Assembly (NCBI GenBank): GCA_017468205.1
Contig: JAFUJK010000083.1
Location: forward strand, 1-60,596
Direction: 5' to 3'
Length of the DNA: 60,596 bases
Source of the DNA: Clostridia bacterium
GTDB taxonomy: Bacteria > Bacillota > Clostridia > Christensenellales > UBA1242
Shown: positions 50,106 to 60,544 of the stretch, piece by piece
Layout: every line of letters begins with the position of its first letter
Numbering within the stretch: the stretch's first letter is position 1
Translations under genes and position numbers: made by a program
The notes under the pieces: model-generated
The model's database searches: none
Seen by the model: only the letters and a program-made list of their open reading frames with translations
What the model was told of the DNA's origin: nothing

Positions 50106-50813
50106 ATGATTTTAAATTTCAAAATTAATTTAAAGCAAATTTTATGTTATCTTTGTATTTTTACTTTACTTTTTGGTTCAAATGCATATATTTCATATTC
50201 TAACAAAGCAATTTCGACATCTACACCGCTTCCGCGTTTTACTGTTGTACTCGACCCCGGACACGGAGGCATAGACTCGGGCTGTGTTGGCTCATTAGGA
50301 ATTTATGAGCGTGATATTAACCTTTGCATAGCACAAAAATTGGGGGACTTTTTAAAAACTTTGGGCATCAAAGTAGTTTTAACACGAACAAATCAAGACG
50401 GACTATATGGGACATTTGCCAGTGGACACAAAAAGCGAGATATGAAAGCGCGCGAAGAAATAATAAAAAAAGCAAATCCTAATCTTGTAGTGAGCATCCA
50501 TCTTAACAGTTATTCAAGCCCCAGCCCTCACGGCGCGCAAGTCTTTTATAAACTAAACAACGACATAAGTCGAGAACTTGGTCAAGCACTTCAAGATATG
50601 TTTGTTGAACAAGTTGAAGGCTCGCGAAAAAACAGTATGCCGGGGGACTTCTATATACTAAATTGTACCAAATCGGCTGGAATTTTAGTTGAATGTGGAT
50701 TTTTATCAAATCCAGAAGAGGAAGCAAAACTGGTAACTCCTGAATATCAAGAGAAAATTGCATACACGATAATGTGCGGTGTTGTAGAATATTTTGGACT
50801 AGCGGAAAGTTAA
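50106..50813 (+). CDS. N-acetylmuramoyl-L-alanine amidase (CwlD-like)
   Basis: LDPGHGG, SIHLN, GAQVFY, LVECGFLSNPEE. Confidence 0.88.
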   Translation: MILNFKINLKQILCYLCIFTLLFGSNAYISYSNKAISTSTPLPRFTVVLDPGHGGIDSGCVGSLGIYERDINLCIAQKLGDFLKTLGIKVVLTRTNQDGLYGTFASGHKKRDMKAREEIIKKANPNLVVSIHLNSYSSPSPHGAQVFYKLNNDISRELGQALQDMFVEQVEGSRKNSMPGDFYILNCTKSAGILVECGFLSNPEEEAKLVTPEYQEKIAYTIMCGVVEYFGLAES

Positions 50814-50842
50814 AAAACAAGGACTAAAATCCTTGTTTTTAA

Positions 50843-52381
50843 CTATACGCTTTTAGCAGTAATCTTACCTGAAACACTCTTTAGGGTAAGCGTGTTTGCG
50901 TTATCGGTGGCTGAATTTACAGACACGTTTGTACCCTTTTTCTCCGCAGTTGACACACCGCCTTGAAGAACGATATCAACATCATTTACAGTTTCCCAAG
51001 TAAGTTTAAACTTCAAATCATTGATGTTTTGTGAAGTTGCAACAGGCATATAAACTTCAATCACACCAGTCTGTGTATTTATAATATTTTCACCCACAAT
51101 TTTGCAATAATTAACTTTAACTTTTGCATTTCCTTTTGAAAGTGCATTAAATTTTACTGTACCATAAATATTATTTAGCACTGCTTCACCGTTAATACTT
51201 GAAATATCGTAAGTGTTAACATCAGTTGAACCTGTAACATTAATGCTACCGCCGTCGGTTTTTACAATAACATCATCACAAGCCTCTCCCAACATTACAG
51301 AACCATTTTTAGTGTTTACATTAACTACATCGAGTGATTTAGCAATATTTACCCCACCACTACCAGTAATTGTTGCATTAACTGCACCTTTAGCTTCGGC
51401 TACTTTAAGTTGCCCATCAGTTGATTCAAATGTAATATCACCTTTAACGTTTGCAATGTCAAAATCACATTTTCCACCATTAACGGATAAAATTCCACTT
51501 ACACTATTAGCACGGACCAAACCGCCGTTACCAGCAAAAATCAAATCGCCATACACATCATCAACCTTTATGTTTGAGTTCCCCATCTTTTCAAACACCA
51601 AACTTGAAGAAGTGCCAGCAGTACCCACATTTTCAAGGTCAACGGTACCAAAACTGTCAGTTATTTCAATTTTCACATTATTTGGCAAGTCAATATAACT
51701 ATACAAATCGCCAGTCTTCTTTGAAACAACAACATCACCATTCACCGCAACATCACGAATTTGAACCTCGCCGTGAGCGCTGTTTATAGTTAAATCTTCA
51801 ATCTCAAAACCAACTCTATTTTCAAGTGAAGTGCTATTTCCTAGTTGAACCTTTCCTGTTTCTGTTTCAATGATAATATCCTTGCCTTCAAGAATTTCAG
51901 CGTCGTATAAAATCTCCAATTTTGCGTTTACTTTACTCAACCAGCCACCACTTGGCTCGCTAACTTCGTAAACCAAATATGATTTACCATCAACATTAGC
52001 AAATGTACCGCCAGAAAAACTTGGTTCTTGAACATCACCAAACACAAAGCCGTTATATTCGTGATGCCAACGAGCGGTCAATGTGTCAGCCAAATGATAA
52101 TTCTCTGTTGCCTTTGTTACTGGCGCAACTGAAATATCCCAATTAACAGTTTTAATCAAAATTCCAGAAGCACTTTCCCACTCTGCCAATTTACTATTTT
52201 CCGCTGTCGCCCCTAATTCAATATAGTTTCCCACAGGGTCGCCTGCCCCTTTGATGTAGTGAAGCCCAAAGATACTAAACCCCGGGAACAACACAAGCGC
52301 GCCAAGCAAAAGCAACATACCCGCAACAGCTATAACTACCATGATGATTAGAATTTTTAAAATATTTGCGAAAACGTTCAT
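50843..52381 (-). CDS. DUF4097-like beta-strand-repeat surface protein
   Basis: N-terminal TM helix; repeated x-T/S-x-x-G-x-V/I units; ends LKSVSGKI. Confidence 0.7.
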   Translation of the reverse strand: MNVFANILKILIIMVVIAVAGMLLLLGALVLFPGFSIFGLHYIKGAGDPVGNYIELGATAENSKLAEWESASGILIKTVNWDISVAPVTKATENYHLADTLTARWHHEYNGFVFGDVQEPSFSGGTFANVDGKSYLVYEVSEPSGGWLSKVNAKLEILYDAEILEGKDIIIETETGKVQLGNSTSLENRVGFEIEDLTINSAHGEVQIRDVAVNGDVVVSKKTGDLYSYIDLPNNVKIEITDSFGTVDLENVGTAGTSSSLVFEKMGNSNIKVDDVYGDLIFAGNGGLVRANSVSGILSVNGGKCDFDIANVKGDITFESTDGQLKVAEAKGAVNATITGSGGVNIAKSLDVVNVNTKNGSVMLGEACDDVIVKTDGGSINVTGSTDVNTYDISSINGEAVLNNIYGTVKFNALSKGNAKVKVNYCKIVGENIINTQTGVIEVYMPVATSQNINDLKFKLTWETVNDVDIVLQGGVSTAEKKGTNVSVNSATDNANTLTLKSVSGKITAKSV

Positions 52382-52464
52382 CTTTACTCCTTTGTTAATT
52401 TATTTTGTCTACCCTTCAAGCATTTTATAAATTATATCACAATAATCAAATTAAGTCAAATGTT

Positions 52465-54267
52465 TTATTCAAGAACAGCCTTAATTCTGCGAACGCCACT
52501 ACTGCTACTTTCTTCTTTTTGAATTCTAAAGTGCCCGAGTTCGCCAGTACGTTCTGCGTGAGGTCCGCCACAAATTTCCTTACTAAAATCACCCATTGTA
52601 TAAACCTTGACAACCTCGCCATATTTACTATCAAAAATGCCAATAGCACCACTTGCACGCGCGTCATCAATACTCATTTCTTCAAAAGTTATAGGCAAGT
52701 CGCGAGCAATTTGCTCGTTTACCATATCCTCCACAGCCTTTAACTCTTCTGCACTTAATTTGTGGTCGCAAGTAAAGTCATAGCGAAGACGTTCTGGGGT
52801 GATATTACTTCCGCGTTGTTCAACGGTGTCGCCTACGATTTTTCTCAATGAAGCAAGCATCAAGTGAGTTGCGGAGTGCAATCTACGCAAATTAATCTTC
52901 TCTTCTTCAGATTGGGCCTCTGCAACTCCCCCCTTAAACATAGCACCTGAATTATCGCGCGATTTTTGTTGGTGTTGCTTAAATGCCTCTTCAAAGCCGA
53001 TTTTATCCACTAAAATTCCGCGTTCTTCCGCCAAATCAAGCGTTAAATCAAGCGGAAAACCGAAAGTATCAAACAATCTAAAAGCAGTTTTTCCGTCAAT
53101 AGTATCGCCTGAATTCAATTTTGATGCGATTGAGTTAAATTCTTTAATTCCACCCTCAATAGCACGTTCAAACTTCTCGACTTCGGCAGTCAACTCATCT
53201 AAAATAAATTTTTCCACCTTAGCAAAGTTTTCAAAGTCTTCTTTATAATATTGAATATAAGCATCAGCAACTTGTGTCAACATTTTTGGTTCAATGCCCA
53301 ATTTTCTTGCGCAGTTTACAGCCCTGCGAATCAATCTACGCAAAATATAACCTTGACCAACATTACTTGGAGTTGTTGGTTGCACATCACCCAACAAGAA
53401 CACACTGGCACGAATGTGGTCACTAATTATACAAAAATATTTTCCATATTCATTTGCAAAATCGAAAGTTTTACCACTCAAATTCTGCAAAATTTCAATT
53501 GGCTTCTTAAAGCAATCATCGCGGAAAGTTGAGTCATAACCATTGAGAACACACTCAATACGTTCAAGCCCCATACCTGTATCGACATTTTGTTGAGGCA
53601 ATTTTTCTAATTGAGCACCCGCGCTAGGAACATTATACTCCATAAACACATTGTTCCAAATTTCAACCCATTTACCACAATCACATTGAGGTCCACACGT
53701 CTCGCAACAAGCAGGCTTACCTGTATCATAGAAAATTTCAGTATCAGGACCGCAAGGACCAACACCGCCACCAATTTCCCACCAGTTGTCGCCTTTTGGG
53801 CAGAAATAAATTCTTTCTTTTGGCATACCGCATTTTTGCCACAACTCTGCACTCACTTCATCGCGAGCAACTTTTTCGTCGCCCTCAAAAACTGTTACTG
53901 CCAAACGAATTGGGTCGATACCAAGCCATTTAGGGTCAGTGAGATATTCCCAACTCCAAGAAATTGCTTCCTTTTTGAAATAATCGCCCACACTCCAGTT
54001 TCCAAGCATAAAAAACATTGTATGATGACGATTGTCGCCGACCTCGTCAATATCATTCGTACGCAAGCAAGGCTGAATATCAAAAAGCCTTTTACCCAAA
54101 GGGTGAGCCTCGCCCATTAAATAAGGGATAAGGGGTTGCATTCCAGCAGTTGTAAAAAGCACGCTATTGTCCGATGGAATAAGCGAAGCACCTTTAATTT
54201 CTTTATGGTTTTTACTCAACCAAAATTCACGCCATTTGCGCATTAAAATTTTACTTGTTAGTTCCAT
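52465..54267 (-). CDS. alaS: Alanine--tRNA ligase, short form lacking C-Ala
   Basis: LFTTAGMQP, EIWNNVF, DTGMGLER, HSATH, CGGPH, GVRRIKA then stop. Confidence 0.95.
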   Translation of the reverse strand: MELTSKILMRKWREFWLSKNHKEIKGASLIPSDNSVLFTTAGMQPLIPYLMGEAHPLGKRLFDIQPCLRTNDIDEVGDNRHHTMFFMLGNWSVGDYFKKEAISWSWEYLTDPKWLGIDPIRLAVTVFEGDEKVARDEVSAELWQKCGMPKERIYFCPKGDNWWEIGGGVGPCGPDTEIFYDTGKPACCETCGPQCDCGKWVEIWNNVFMEYNVPSAGAQLEKLPQQNVDTGMGLERIECVLNGYDSTFRDDCFKKPIEILQNLSGKTFDFANEYGKYFCIISDHIRASVFLLGDVQPTTPSNVGQGYILRRLIRRAVNCARKLGIEPKMLTQVADAYIQYYKEDFENFAKVEKFILDELTAEVEKFERAIEGGIKEFNSIASKLNSGDTIDGKTAFRLFDTFGFPLDLTLDLAEERGILVDKIGFEEAFKQHQQKSRDNSGAMFKGGVAEAQSEEEKINLRRLHSATHLMLASLRKIVGDTVEQRGSNITPERLRYDFTCDHKLSAEELKAVEDMVNEQIARDLPITFEEMSIDDARASGAIGIFDSKYGEVVKVYTMGDFSKEICGGPHAERTGELGHFRIQKEESSSSGVRRIKAVLE

Positions 54268-54429
54268 TATTTATCTCCAAAATTTTGTTTTAAATTATAA
54301 ATTATATTTTAAACCTTTTATATAAATAAGTCAATAATAAAAGACGTAAATTATAAAAAAATATACCGATTTTTTGAACTTCTATTTTTTCGTATATTTT
54401 TAATTTTCAAAGAAAAATAACCTATTTTA

Positions 54430-54465
54430 AGTACTATGCATAGGTATTATGCATAGTACTATGCA
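54430..54465. promoter_or_regulatory. Nested palindromes, possible operator
   Basis: agtactatgcata-N5-tatgcatagtact (13-bp IR) overlapping the 16-bp palindrome tgcatagtactatgca. Confidence 0.45.
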
Positions 54466-54580
54466 ATCAATTTTGCTAGATTTTAAAGCATTTTATTTAA
54501 TTTATTACAAATTTTTACAATTCCTGCATAAATTTAAAAAAGAACAAAACAATAAAAGAAAAAACATTAGGTTTGTTGAT

Positions 54581-56035
54581 ATGAATATACAAAAAAAGAT
54601 TGAACATTTAAAACAAAAGTTTAGCCAAACAAGCGACTTTGCAACTCGTGAACTGGTAACCAAAAGCGGTGAAAATATTGCCATAGTTTGGATAGAAAAT
54701 GTTGTTGACCAATTACTACTTGCACAAAGTGTAATTGCCCCATTACAAGACATTAATTTACATAATAAAAACGCAGATATTTTCACTATTGCAAAGGAAA
54801 AAATGATTGCTTTTAGCAAGTTAAGCGAACCCGCAGATGAGAAAACTTTTATCGAAAGTTTGCTTAATGGATTTGTGGGGATTTTGTTTGAAAATAGTGA
54901 AAAAACTCTAATTGTTGAATGCGCCAAATGGATTGTACGATTACCCGCAGAACCACCGACAAGCGCAGTTGTTGAAGGTCCTCGCGAAGGATTTGTAGAA
55001 GATATAATTACAAATATGGCACTTTTACGTAAGCGCTTAAAGACACCGAATCTAGTCATTGATAAATTAAAAATTGGAGAAGAAACAAATTCGCAAATAA
55101 GGATTATTTACTTAAAAGATGTTGCCGACCCTAAAATTGTAAACAAAGTTAAGAAAAAACTTGAAGAAATTGAAATTGACGGCATTGTTGATTCACACTA
55201 TCTTTCCGAATTTTTAATGACAGGCAAACACACGATTTTTAAACAAATTGGTTCAACTGAAAAACCAGATATAGCAACCGCTAAAATTCTCGAGGGGCGC
55301 ATTGCAATACTAACTGACGGCTCGCCCATTGTTCTAACAGTACCATTTGTATTACTCGAAGATTTGCAATCAAGCAACGATTATTACACCACACCAGCGC
55401 GGGCAACTCTGATTAGATATTTACGTCTAACTGCTGGAATTATTGGAATTTTATTACCCGGATTATATGTTGCATTACTTACATATCACATTAAAGCAAT
55501 TCCTATCAAACTTTTAATTACAATAACAAACTCCATTCAAGGCATTCCGCTTCCCCCTTTACTTGAAGTGATTTTTATCATTTTTCTATTTGAAATTCTG
55601 TACGAAGCGAGTTTGCGAATGCCTCGGTATATGGGATTATCTCTCTCTGTGGTAGGTGCATTGATTTTGGGAGATACTGCGGTAAAAGCTGGGTTAGTTA
55701 GTCCACCAGCGGTTTTAATTGTCGCAATCACTGGTGTTATGAGTTACACACTACCTGAACAAAGTTCGCAACTTTCATTTTTGCGATTAATTTTTACAAT
55801 ATTAGGCGGTTTTCTTGGAATATTCGGCATTATTGTGGGCATTTTATTTCTCATTGGTTATCTTGTTAATATGGATAGTTACGGGGCACCTTATCTTGCG
55901 CCATTCGCCCCTTACATCAAAGCCGACCAAAAAGACGGTCTATATAGAAAAACATTTATGAGACAGCGAACTCGGCCATTCAGTTTGCAAAATAATAATA
56001 AAAGGAGACAAAGTAATGACGGAACTGACGAGTAG
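54581..56035 (+). CDS. Spore germination receptor A subunit (GerA family)
   Basis: EPPTSAVVEGPREGFVE, TEKPD, EGRIAILTDGSP, VGALILGDTAV; start estimated at ATG 54581. Confidence 0.92.
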   Translation: MNIQKKIEHLKQKFSQTSDFATRELVTKSGENIAIVWIENVVDQLLLAQSVIAPLQDINLHNKNADIFTIAKEKMIAFSKLSEPADEKTFIESLLNGFVGILFENSEKTLIVECAKWIVRLPAEPPTSAVVEGPREGFVEDIITNMALLRKRLKTPNLVIDKLKIGEETNSQIRIIYLKDVADPKIVNKVKKKLEEIEIDGIVDSHYLSEFLMTGKHTIFKQIGSTEKPDIATAKILEGRIAILTDGSPIVLTVPFVLLEDLQSSNDYYTTPARATLIRYLRLTAGIIGILLPGLYVALLTYHIKAIPIKLLITITNSIQGIPLPPLLEVIFIIFLFEILYEASLRMPRYMGLSLSVVGALILGDTAVKAGLVSPPAVLIVAITGVMSYTLPEQSSQLSFLRLIFTILGGFLGIFGIIVGILFLIGYLVNMDSYGAPYLAPFAPYIKADQKDGLYRKTFMRQRTRPFSLQNNNKRRQSNDGTDE

Positions 56036-57107
56036 ACAATATATAATTGTAGCATCAATCATAATGCTGACGTCAAAACTTGTAACAATGCCGTCAGTTG
56101 TATTCTCCTCTGCAAGTAATGATGCAATATTTAGCGTAATAATCAACTCAATTCTTGAATTACTCCTAATTTTTCTAATCACTCTTGCTATTGCAAAAAA
56201 TCCTAATAAAGGATTATTTGAAGTATTAAAATCAAAATTCACACGCGTGGGCGCATACATTATAATTGGATTAATTGCGATTTACGCATTAGCGCGTGTT
56301 ACATTTTGTTATGAAGAATTATACTCATTTTTTCTTGAACTTCTATATGACGAATTTAGTCCCTATATTTTTGCGATACCAACCTTTTTTGTAACTGGTT
56401 ACCTTGCATACAAAGGCGCGCGTACAATTGGGCGTACTTTGGAAATATTATTTTGGTTTATTCTAATTGGAACAATTGTTTCCGTTGTATGTAATGTTGG
56501 ATTTATGTCTTTTGACACAAATATGCCCTATTTCCAAAATGGAATAATGCCAGTTTTAGAAGGCTCAGGGTCAAGTGCGTTTTATTTCGGGAATTCAATT
56601 TGCCTATTATTCTTTATGGGAAAAGTTCGGATTGATGATAATCTTGTTAAAAAAACAATCATATCAAGTTCTGTTATCGCATTATTAATAATTGCATTTT
56701 GCTTTATTTTCTACGATGTATTTGGACTTTCGATGCAATACATACTTTTTGCGCTCAGTCAATACTCGCAATATGACCCATTCATACTTGAATTGCAACG
56801 ACTTGTATGGCTATCGGCTATTGTTGATATAACCAAACTTTTTTGCTCTACTGCGTGCCTTGCTTATTGTTTGGGACAAGCAGGAAAAACCTTTATGCAA
56901 TCAAAAACTACTTTACTTCCCATTTTAACAACATTTTTGCTTATATTCAGTTTGGCAACAATTTTACACTATGACCTGCTAGTTATGATTGAATTGGTAC
57001 GGAATTACATTTCATATATTACAATTGGACTAATTACGCTAACAATTATAATTTGCATAATACTTTCAATATCAAGGAGGCAAAATGCGCAAAAGTTTAT
57101 TCAATAA
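56016..57107 (+). CDS. Spore germination receptor B subunit (GerAB-like permease)
   Basis: About 10 TM helices, TIGRTLE, operon position. Confidence 0.8.
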   Translation: MTELTSRQYIIVASIIMLTSKLVTMPSVVFSSASNDAIFSVIINSILELLLIFLITLAIAKNPNKGLFEVLKSKFTRVGAYIIIGLIAIYALARVTFCYEELYSFFLELLYDEFSPYIFAIPTFFVTGYLAYKGARTIGRTLEILFWFILIGTIVSVVCNVGFMSFDTNMPYFQNGIMPVLEGSGSSAFYFGNSICLLFFMGKVRIDDNLVKKTIISSSVIALLIIAFCFIFYDVFGLSMQYILFALSQYSQYDPFILELQRLVWLSAIVDITKLFCSTACLAYCLGQAGKTFMQSKTTLLPILTTFLLIFSLATILHYDLLVMIELVRNYISYITIGLITLTIIICIILSISRRQNAQKFIQ

Positions 57108-58341
57108 AATTATTTTGTGGTGTGTAATTCTATTTTTGCTCATTCTCGCCCCCACATCACTCGATATGCCCAGCCAAAGTGTTGTACGCGCAATTTGCAC
57201 AGGGCTAGCAATTGACACGAGCAATGAAAGCGGAAAGCTTGAAGTTACTGCCCAAATTCTCATACCCGAAGCTGGCGGACAATACACACAGAAACTTTCA
57301 CTAGTGAGTTATGACGCAAAATCTCTTGAAGAAAGTCTTGAAATGATGGAATATCAAGTCGGCAAAAAAATTCGTATGGAGCATTGCTGTTTTATAATTC
57401 TCAGTAACGCAGTTTGTGAACGAAATATCACGACAATCCTTGACTACCTCGTGCGCGGAAATAATATTGGCAATAACACACTTTTGATACATACTGACGG
57501 CAAGTCAAAAGACCTTCTTTCTGCTACATCAAATGTAAACAGTAGTGAGGTTGACAACTTGCAAGTAATTTCAGAGTACAACGAAAAATACTTGTTTTCA
57601 GGAGGGGCTAACCTATTGAGTTTCTATCACGATTATCTATCCCCACACAAAACTAGTTATATGGCAAATATAACTATGATAAAAGACGACAAAAGCGGAG
57701 GCAACGGTGGCACTGACCAATCTTCTGGGAGCGGTTCTGGTAGCGGAAGTGAAAGTTCACAAGGAAGTAGCAGCAGCGATAAGGGCAACACTCAAGAAGA
57801 TGTAGTAACCAGCGACGGCTCGGTCGCAATATTTTACAAAGGCAAATGCGCAAGAGTAGTTACAAGCGAAGAACGCGAGGATTTTAACTGGCTTGACCCA
57901 AAAGTTGAAAAAGCAATGGTTCAAATTGAAAATGTCAGCGACAACATTTTGAAAAATGCAACTATTTCTTATACAATAGAGCGCAAAAAAATGACCCATA
58001 AATTTGAAATTGTAAATAATGTGCCTACTATTCGCATAAATTTTGACTTGGGACTTCAAACGGAAATGGTGCTTCAGGGCGACGAATCAAGTTTGCCTAT
58101 ATTCGACGATTACATCAATGACGCAGTAACACTTGCATTTGCGGAGAAAATTGATAGAGCCGTTAAAAATTCTATGAACATTCAAAAAGAACACGGATTT
58201 GATGTTTTTGATTATTACAAAGAATTTAGCATAAATTGCAATGCTGATTGGAAAAAATATTTGTCTTCGCTTGAAAACCCTGACGATTATATGAAAGGCA
58301 TTGAGATTTTTACCGAAGTTACTTGTTATAGCGCTTTCTAA
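57085..58341 (+). CDS. Spore germination receptor C subunit (Ger(x)C-like)
   Basis: ICTGLAID..EVTAQI, GSVAIFYKG, DVF; operon position; Gly/Ser-rich insert. Confidence 0.78.
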   Translation: MRKSLFNKIILWCVILFLLILAPTSLDMPSQSVVRAICTGLAIDTSNESGKLEVTAQILIPEAGGQYTQKLSLVSYDAKSLEESLEMMEYQVGKKIRMEHCCFIILSNAVCERNITTILDYLVRGNNIGNNTLLIHTDGKSKDLLSATSNVNSSEVDNLQVISEYNEKYLFSGGANLLSFYHDYLSPHKTSYMANITMIKDDKSGGNGGTDQSSGSGSGSGSESSQGSSSSDKGNTQEDVVTSDGSVAIFYKGKCARVVTSEEREDFNWLDPKVEKAMVQIENVSDNILKNATISYTIERKKMTHKFEIVNNVPTIRINFDLGLQTEMVLQGDESSLPIFDDYINDAVTLAFAEKIDRAVKNSMNIQKEHGFDVFDYYKEFSINCNADWKKYLSSLENPDDYMKGIEIFTEVTCYSAF

Positions 58342-58342
58342 A

Positions 58343-58377
58343 AACAAAAAAGACATCGAATTGATGCCTTTTTGTTT
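58343..58377. terminator. Bidirectional terminator
   Basis: aaacaaaaaagacatc..gatgcctttttgttt. Confidence 0.65.
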
Positions 58378-58378
58378 A

Positions 58379-58720
58379 TTATTCACCAACGTAGTGAATC
58401 AAGCCCATATAACGAGCGCGCTTAATCGCATTTGCCAACGCTCTTTGGTGCTTTGCGCAAGTTCCAGTTTGACGGCGAGAAATAATCTTACCCTTCTCTG
58501 TAATGAAACGACGCAATTTTGCAACGTCTTTGTAGTCAATTTCTTCAATCTTGTCAACGCAGAATTGACATACTTTACGTCTTTGTTGTGGACGACGACG
58601 ACGTGGAGCGCCTTGTTCCTCGCCCTCACGTGGCTTACGGTCAGCAGTCTTTGCTTCAGCCTTTTCTTCAGCAGGAGCAACTACAACTTCGTCTTTAACT
58701 TCTTGTTGTTCGTTTGCCAT
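58379..58720 (-). CDS. rpsR: 30S ribosomal protein S18
   Basis: [22 protein letters not shown]; N-terminal extension. Confidence 0.96.
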   Translation of the reverse strand: MANEQQEVKDEVVVAPAEEKAEAKTADRKPREGEEQGAPRRRRPQQRRKVCQFCVDKIEEIDYKDVAKLRRFITEKGKIISRRQTGTCAKHQRALANAIKRARYMGLIHYVGE

Positions 58721-58770
58721 TGTTATTCTCCTTTATAGATTTAAACTATTTTTTGTTAAAATTACTTCCA

Positions 58771-59199
58771 TTAGAAAGGCAAATCTGTGTCTTCAACAGG
58801 TTCGAGTTCAACCACTTTTGAATTGTCTTGAACTGGTGCTGGAGCTGGTTCAGAAGCCTCAAATGGAGCACTGCCACCCTCGCTACTGCGTGGTGTCAAA
58901 AATTCAATCTCATCAACGATGATGTCAACGCTTGTACGTTTCTCACCATTTGATTCGTAATTACGTACTTGAATGTTTCCCTGAATTGCAACTTTGTTGC
59001 CCTTGTGCAAATATTTTCCGCATCTTTCCGCATTACTACGCCAAGCAGTAATGTTGAAGAAATCAGTTTCGCGAACACCTTCGGCATTAGCAAAATTACG
59101 ATTTACGGCGATGCCGAAACGGCACATTTGAATACCACTATTTGTAGTAGTCATTTCAGGGTCGCGAGTTAAGTTTCCGATTAAAAATACTTTGTTCAT
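58771..59199 (-). CDS. ssb: Single-stranded DNA-binding protein
   Basis: MNKVFLIGNLTRDPE; ends DLPF. Confidence 0.97.
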   Translation of the reverse strand: MNKVFLIGNLTRDPEMTTTNSGIQMCRFGIAVNRNFANAEGVRETDFFNITAWRSNAERCGKYLHKGNKVAIQGNIQVRNYESNGEKRTSVDIIVDEIEFLTPRSSEGGSAPFEASEPAPAPVQDNSKVVELEPVEDTDLPF

Positions 59200-59213
59200 C
59201 TCAAAAAATCCTC

Positions 59214-59495
59214 TTACTTCTTAATAAACATTTTACGTACAAAGTGCTCTGTAAGAGCCATTTGTTTTTCCATTTCACGAAGAAGTGCAGGGTTTGATTC
59301 AAAGTTCATAAGAACGTAAAAACCTTCAGTTCTGTCTTGGATAGGATAAGCAAATTTCTTCATACCGATTTTCTCGATAGATTCCACAACGCCACCGTCA
59401 GCAACAATCATATCGCTGAACTTCTTGATAATAGCTTCGCGTGCTTCCTCTTCTGCTGCGCTCGAGATGATGTACAAAAGTTCATACTTGTTCAT
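59214..59495 (-). CDS. rpsF: 30S ribosomal protein S6
   Basis: MNKYELLYI, AYPI, GFYVLMNF. Confidence 0.95.
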   Translation of the reverse strand: MNKYELLYIISSAAEEEAREAIIKKFSDMIVADGGVVESIEKIGMKKFAYPIQDRTEGFYVLMNFESNPALLREMEKQMALTEHFVRKMFIKK

Positions 59496-59502
59496 AACTA
59501 AA

Positions 59503-59550
59503 AACCTCCTTTTGGACTAGCGGTCTAAAACTAAATTTTAGACAAGGATT
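59503..59550 (-). promoter_or_regulatory. S6:S18 ribosomal protein leader
   Basis: Minus strand ccttGTCTAAAA..TTTTAGAC-cgctagtccaaaaggagg: hairpin, CCG and SD-pairing segment typical of the rpsF leader. Confidence 0.7.
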
Positions 59551-59748
59551 GTTTATACAATCGACACTATTTTATCACAACTCTTCCAAAAAATCAATAG
59601 AAAAATTAAGGATTTTTGTAATTTTGAATAAATATCTCACAAATTGCTAAAAATAATAAAGAAATTTTAATGTGATAGGCAAAATCGTTTGATTAATTTG
59701 TTTTAATTAGGTATAATATATTTGAATTTAAAATGGAGGATATGCGCA

Positions 59749-60396
59749 ATGCTTAAATATAAAGATAAATTTACCATTGCTACTACCATATTAGGCGCGA
59801 CCCTATTGACCATTGCCCTCGCTTGTACGTTAGTCTTTGCCGCTTTTACTTCCAATAAGCAAGCGACAACTACTATTCAATTCCACGAAGGTGTTGAAAT
59901 GACTGTTACTGGCATTGATAATAGTGGTAAATGGATATATAACACTACAGGTGCGACAACAGGCTTTGCCTCGACATCACCTACAACCGCAGCTCTTGAC
60001 GGCTTGGCTTTAAGCCCAATTACAGCATCAGTTACAAAAGGTGCAAAAGCCGCAACCCCAATATATGTTCGTGTATTTGCTGTTGTAACATCAAGCGTTG
60101 CTGAGGGAACAGCTGCGTTACCTACCCCAACGCTCGGAGCAAATATGACTTCAACATCATTATTGACTGGCGAAACATCATTTATCAACAGCGCTATGCT
60201 TACACAAAAGAAATATGTTGCTGGAACAACTTCCGTTACCTCATCAGCAAGCATTTCTTTGTTAAATGTATATCAACTTTTCCAAGCAAATAGCGCAACA
60301 AACGCATTCCACGGAAGCACCTTGAAGGCTTATGTAAGAATTTACGCATCTACAAATAATACTGATTGGGGCACTGGATATACATTCTCATTCTAA
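59749..60396 (+). CDS. Secreted Thr/Ala/Ser-rich protein with SipW-type-like signal peptide
   Basis: GGAGGA-N8-ATG 59749; hydrophobic helix then VFA|AFTSNKQATTTIQF. Confidence 0.65.
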   Translation: MLKYKDKFTIATTILGATLLTIALACTLVFAAFTSNKQATTTIQFHEGVEMTVTGIDNSGKWIYNTTGATTGFASTSPTTAALDGLALSPITASVTKGAKAATPIYVRVFAVVTSSVAEGTAALPTPTLGANMTSTSLLTGETSFINSAMLTQKKYVAGTTSVTSSASISLLNVYQLFQANSATNAFHGSTLKAYVRIYASTNNTDWGTGYTFSF

Positions 60397-60544
60397 TAAA
60401 TTTAAAGAGTAAATCATAGATTTATTCTTTTTTTATTTCCTTTAAATGAATTCTGCTTCTAGTTAGATTAAGGAATAGGAATCTTGAAAAAGCACTCGGT
60501 TTCTTAACAATTCACACTTCTATTCTATTAAAGGAGATTTCATT

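Noticed and set aside
54430-54460. dif site
   Set aside because: Arm spacing does not fit the 11-6-11 XerC/D layout and gene orientation bias does not switch here.
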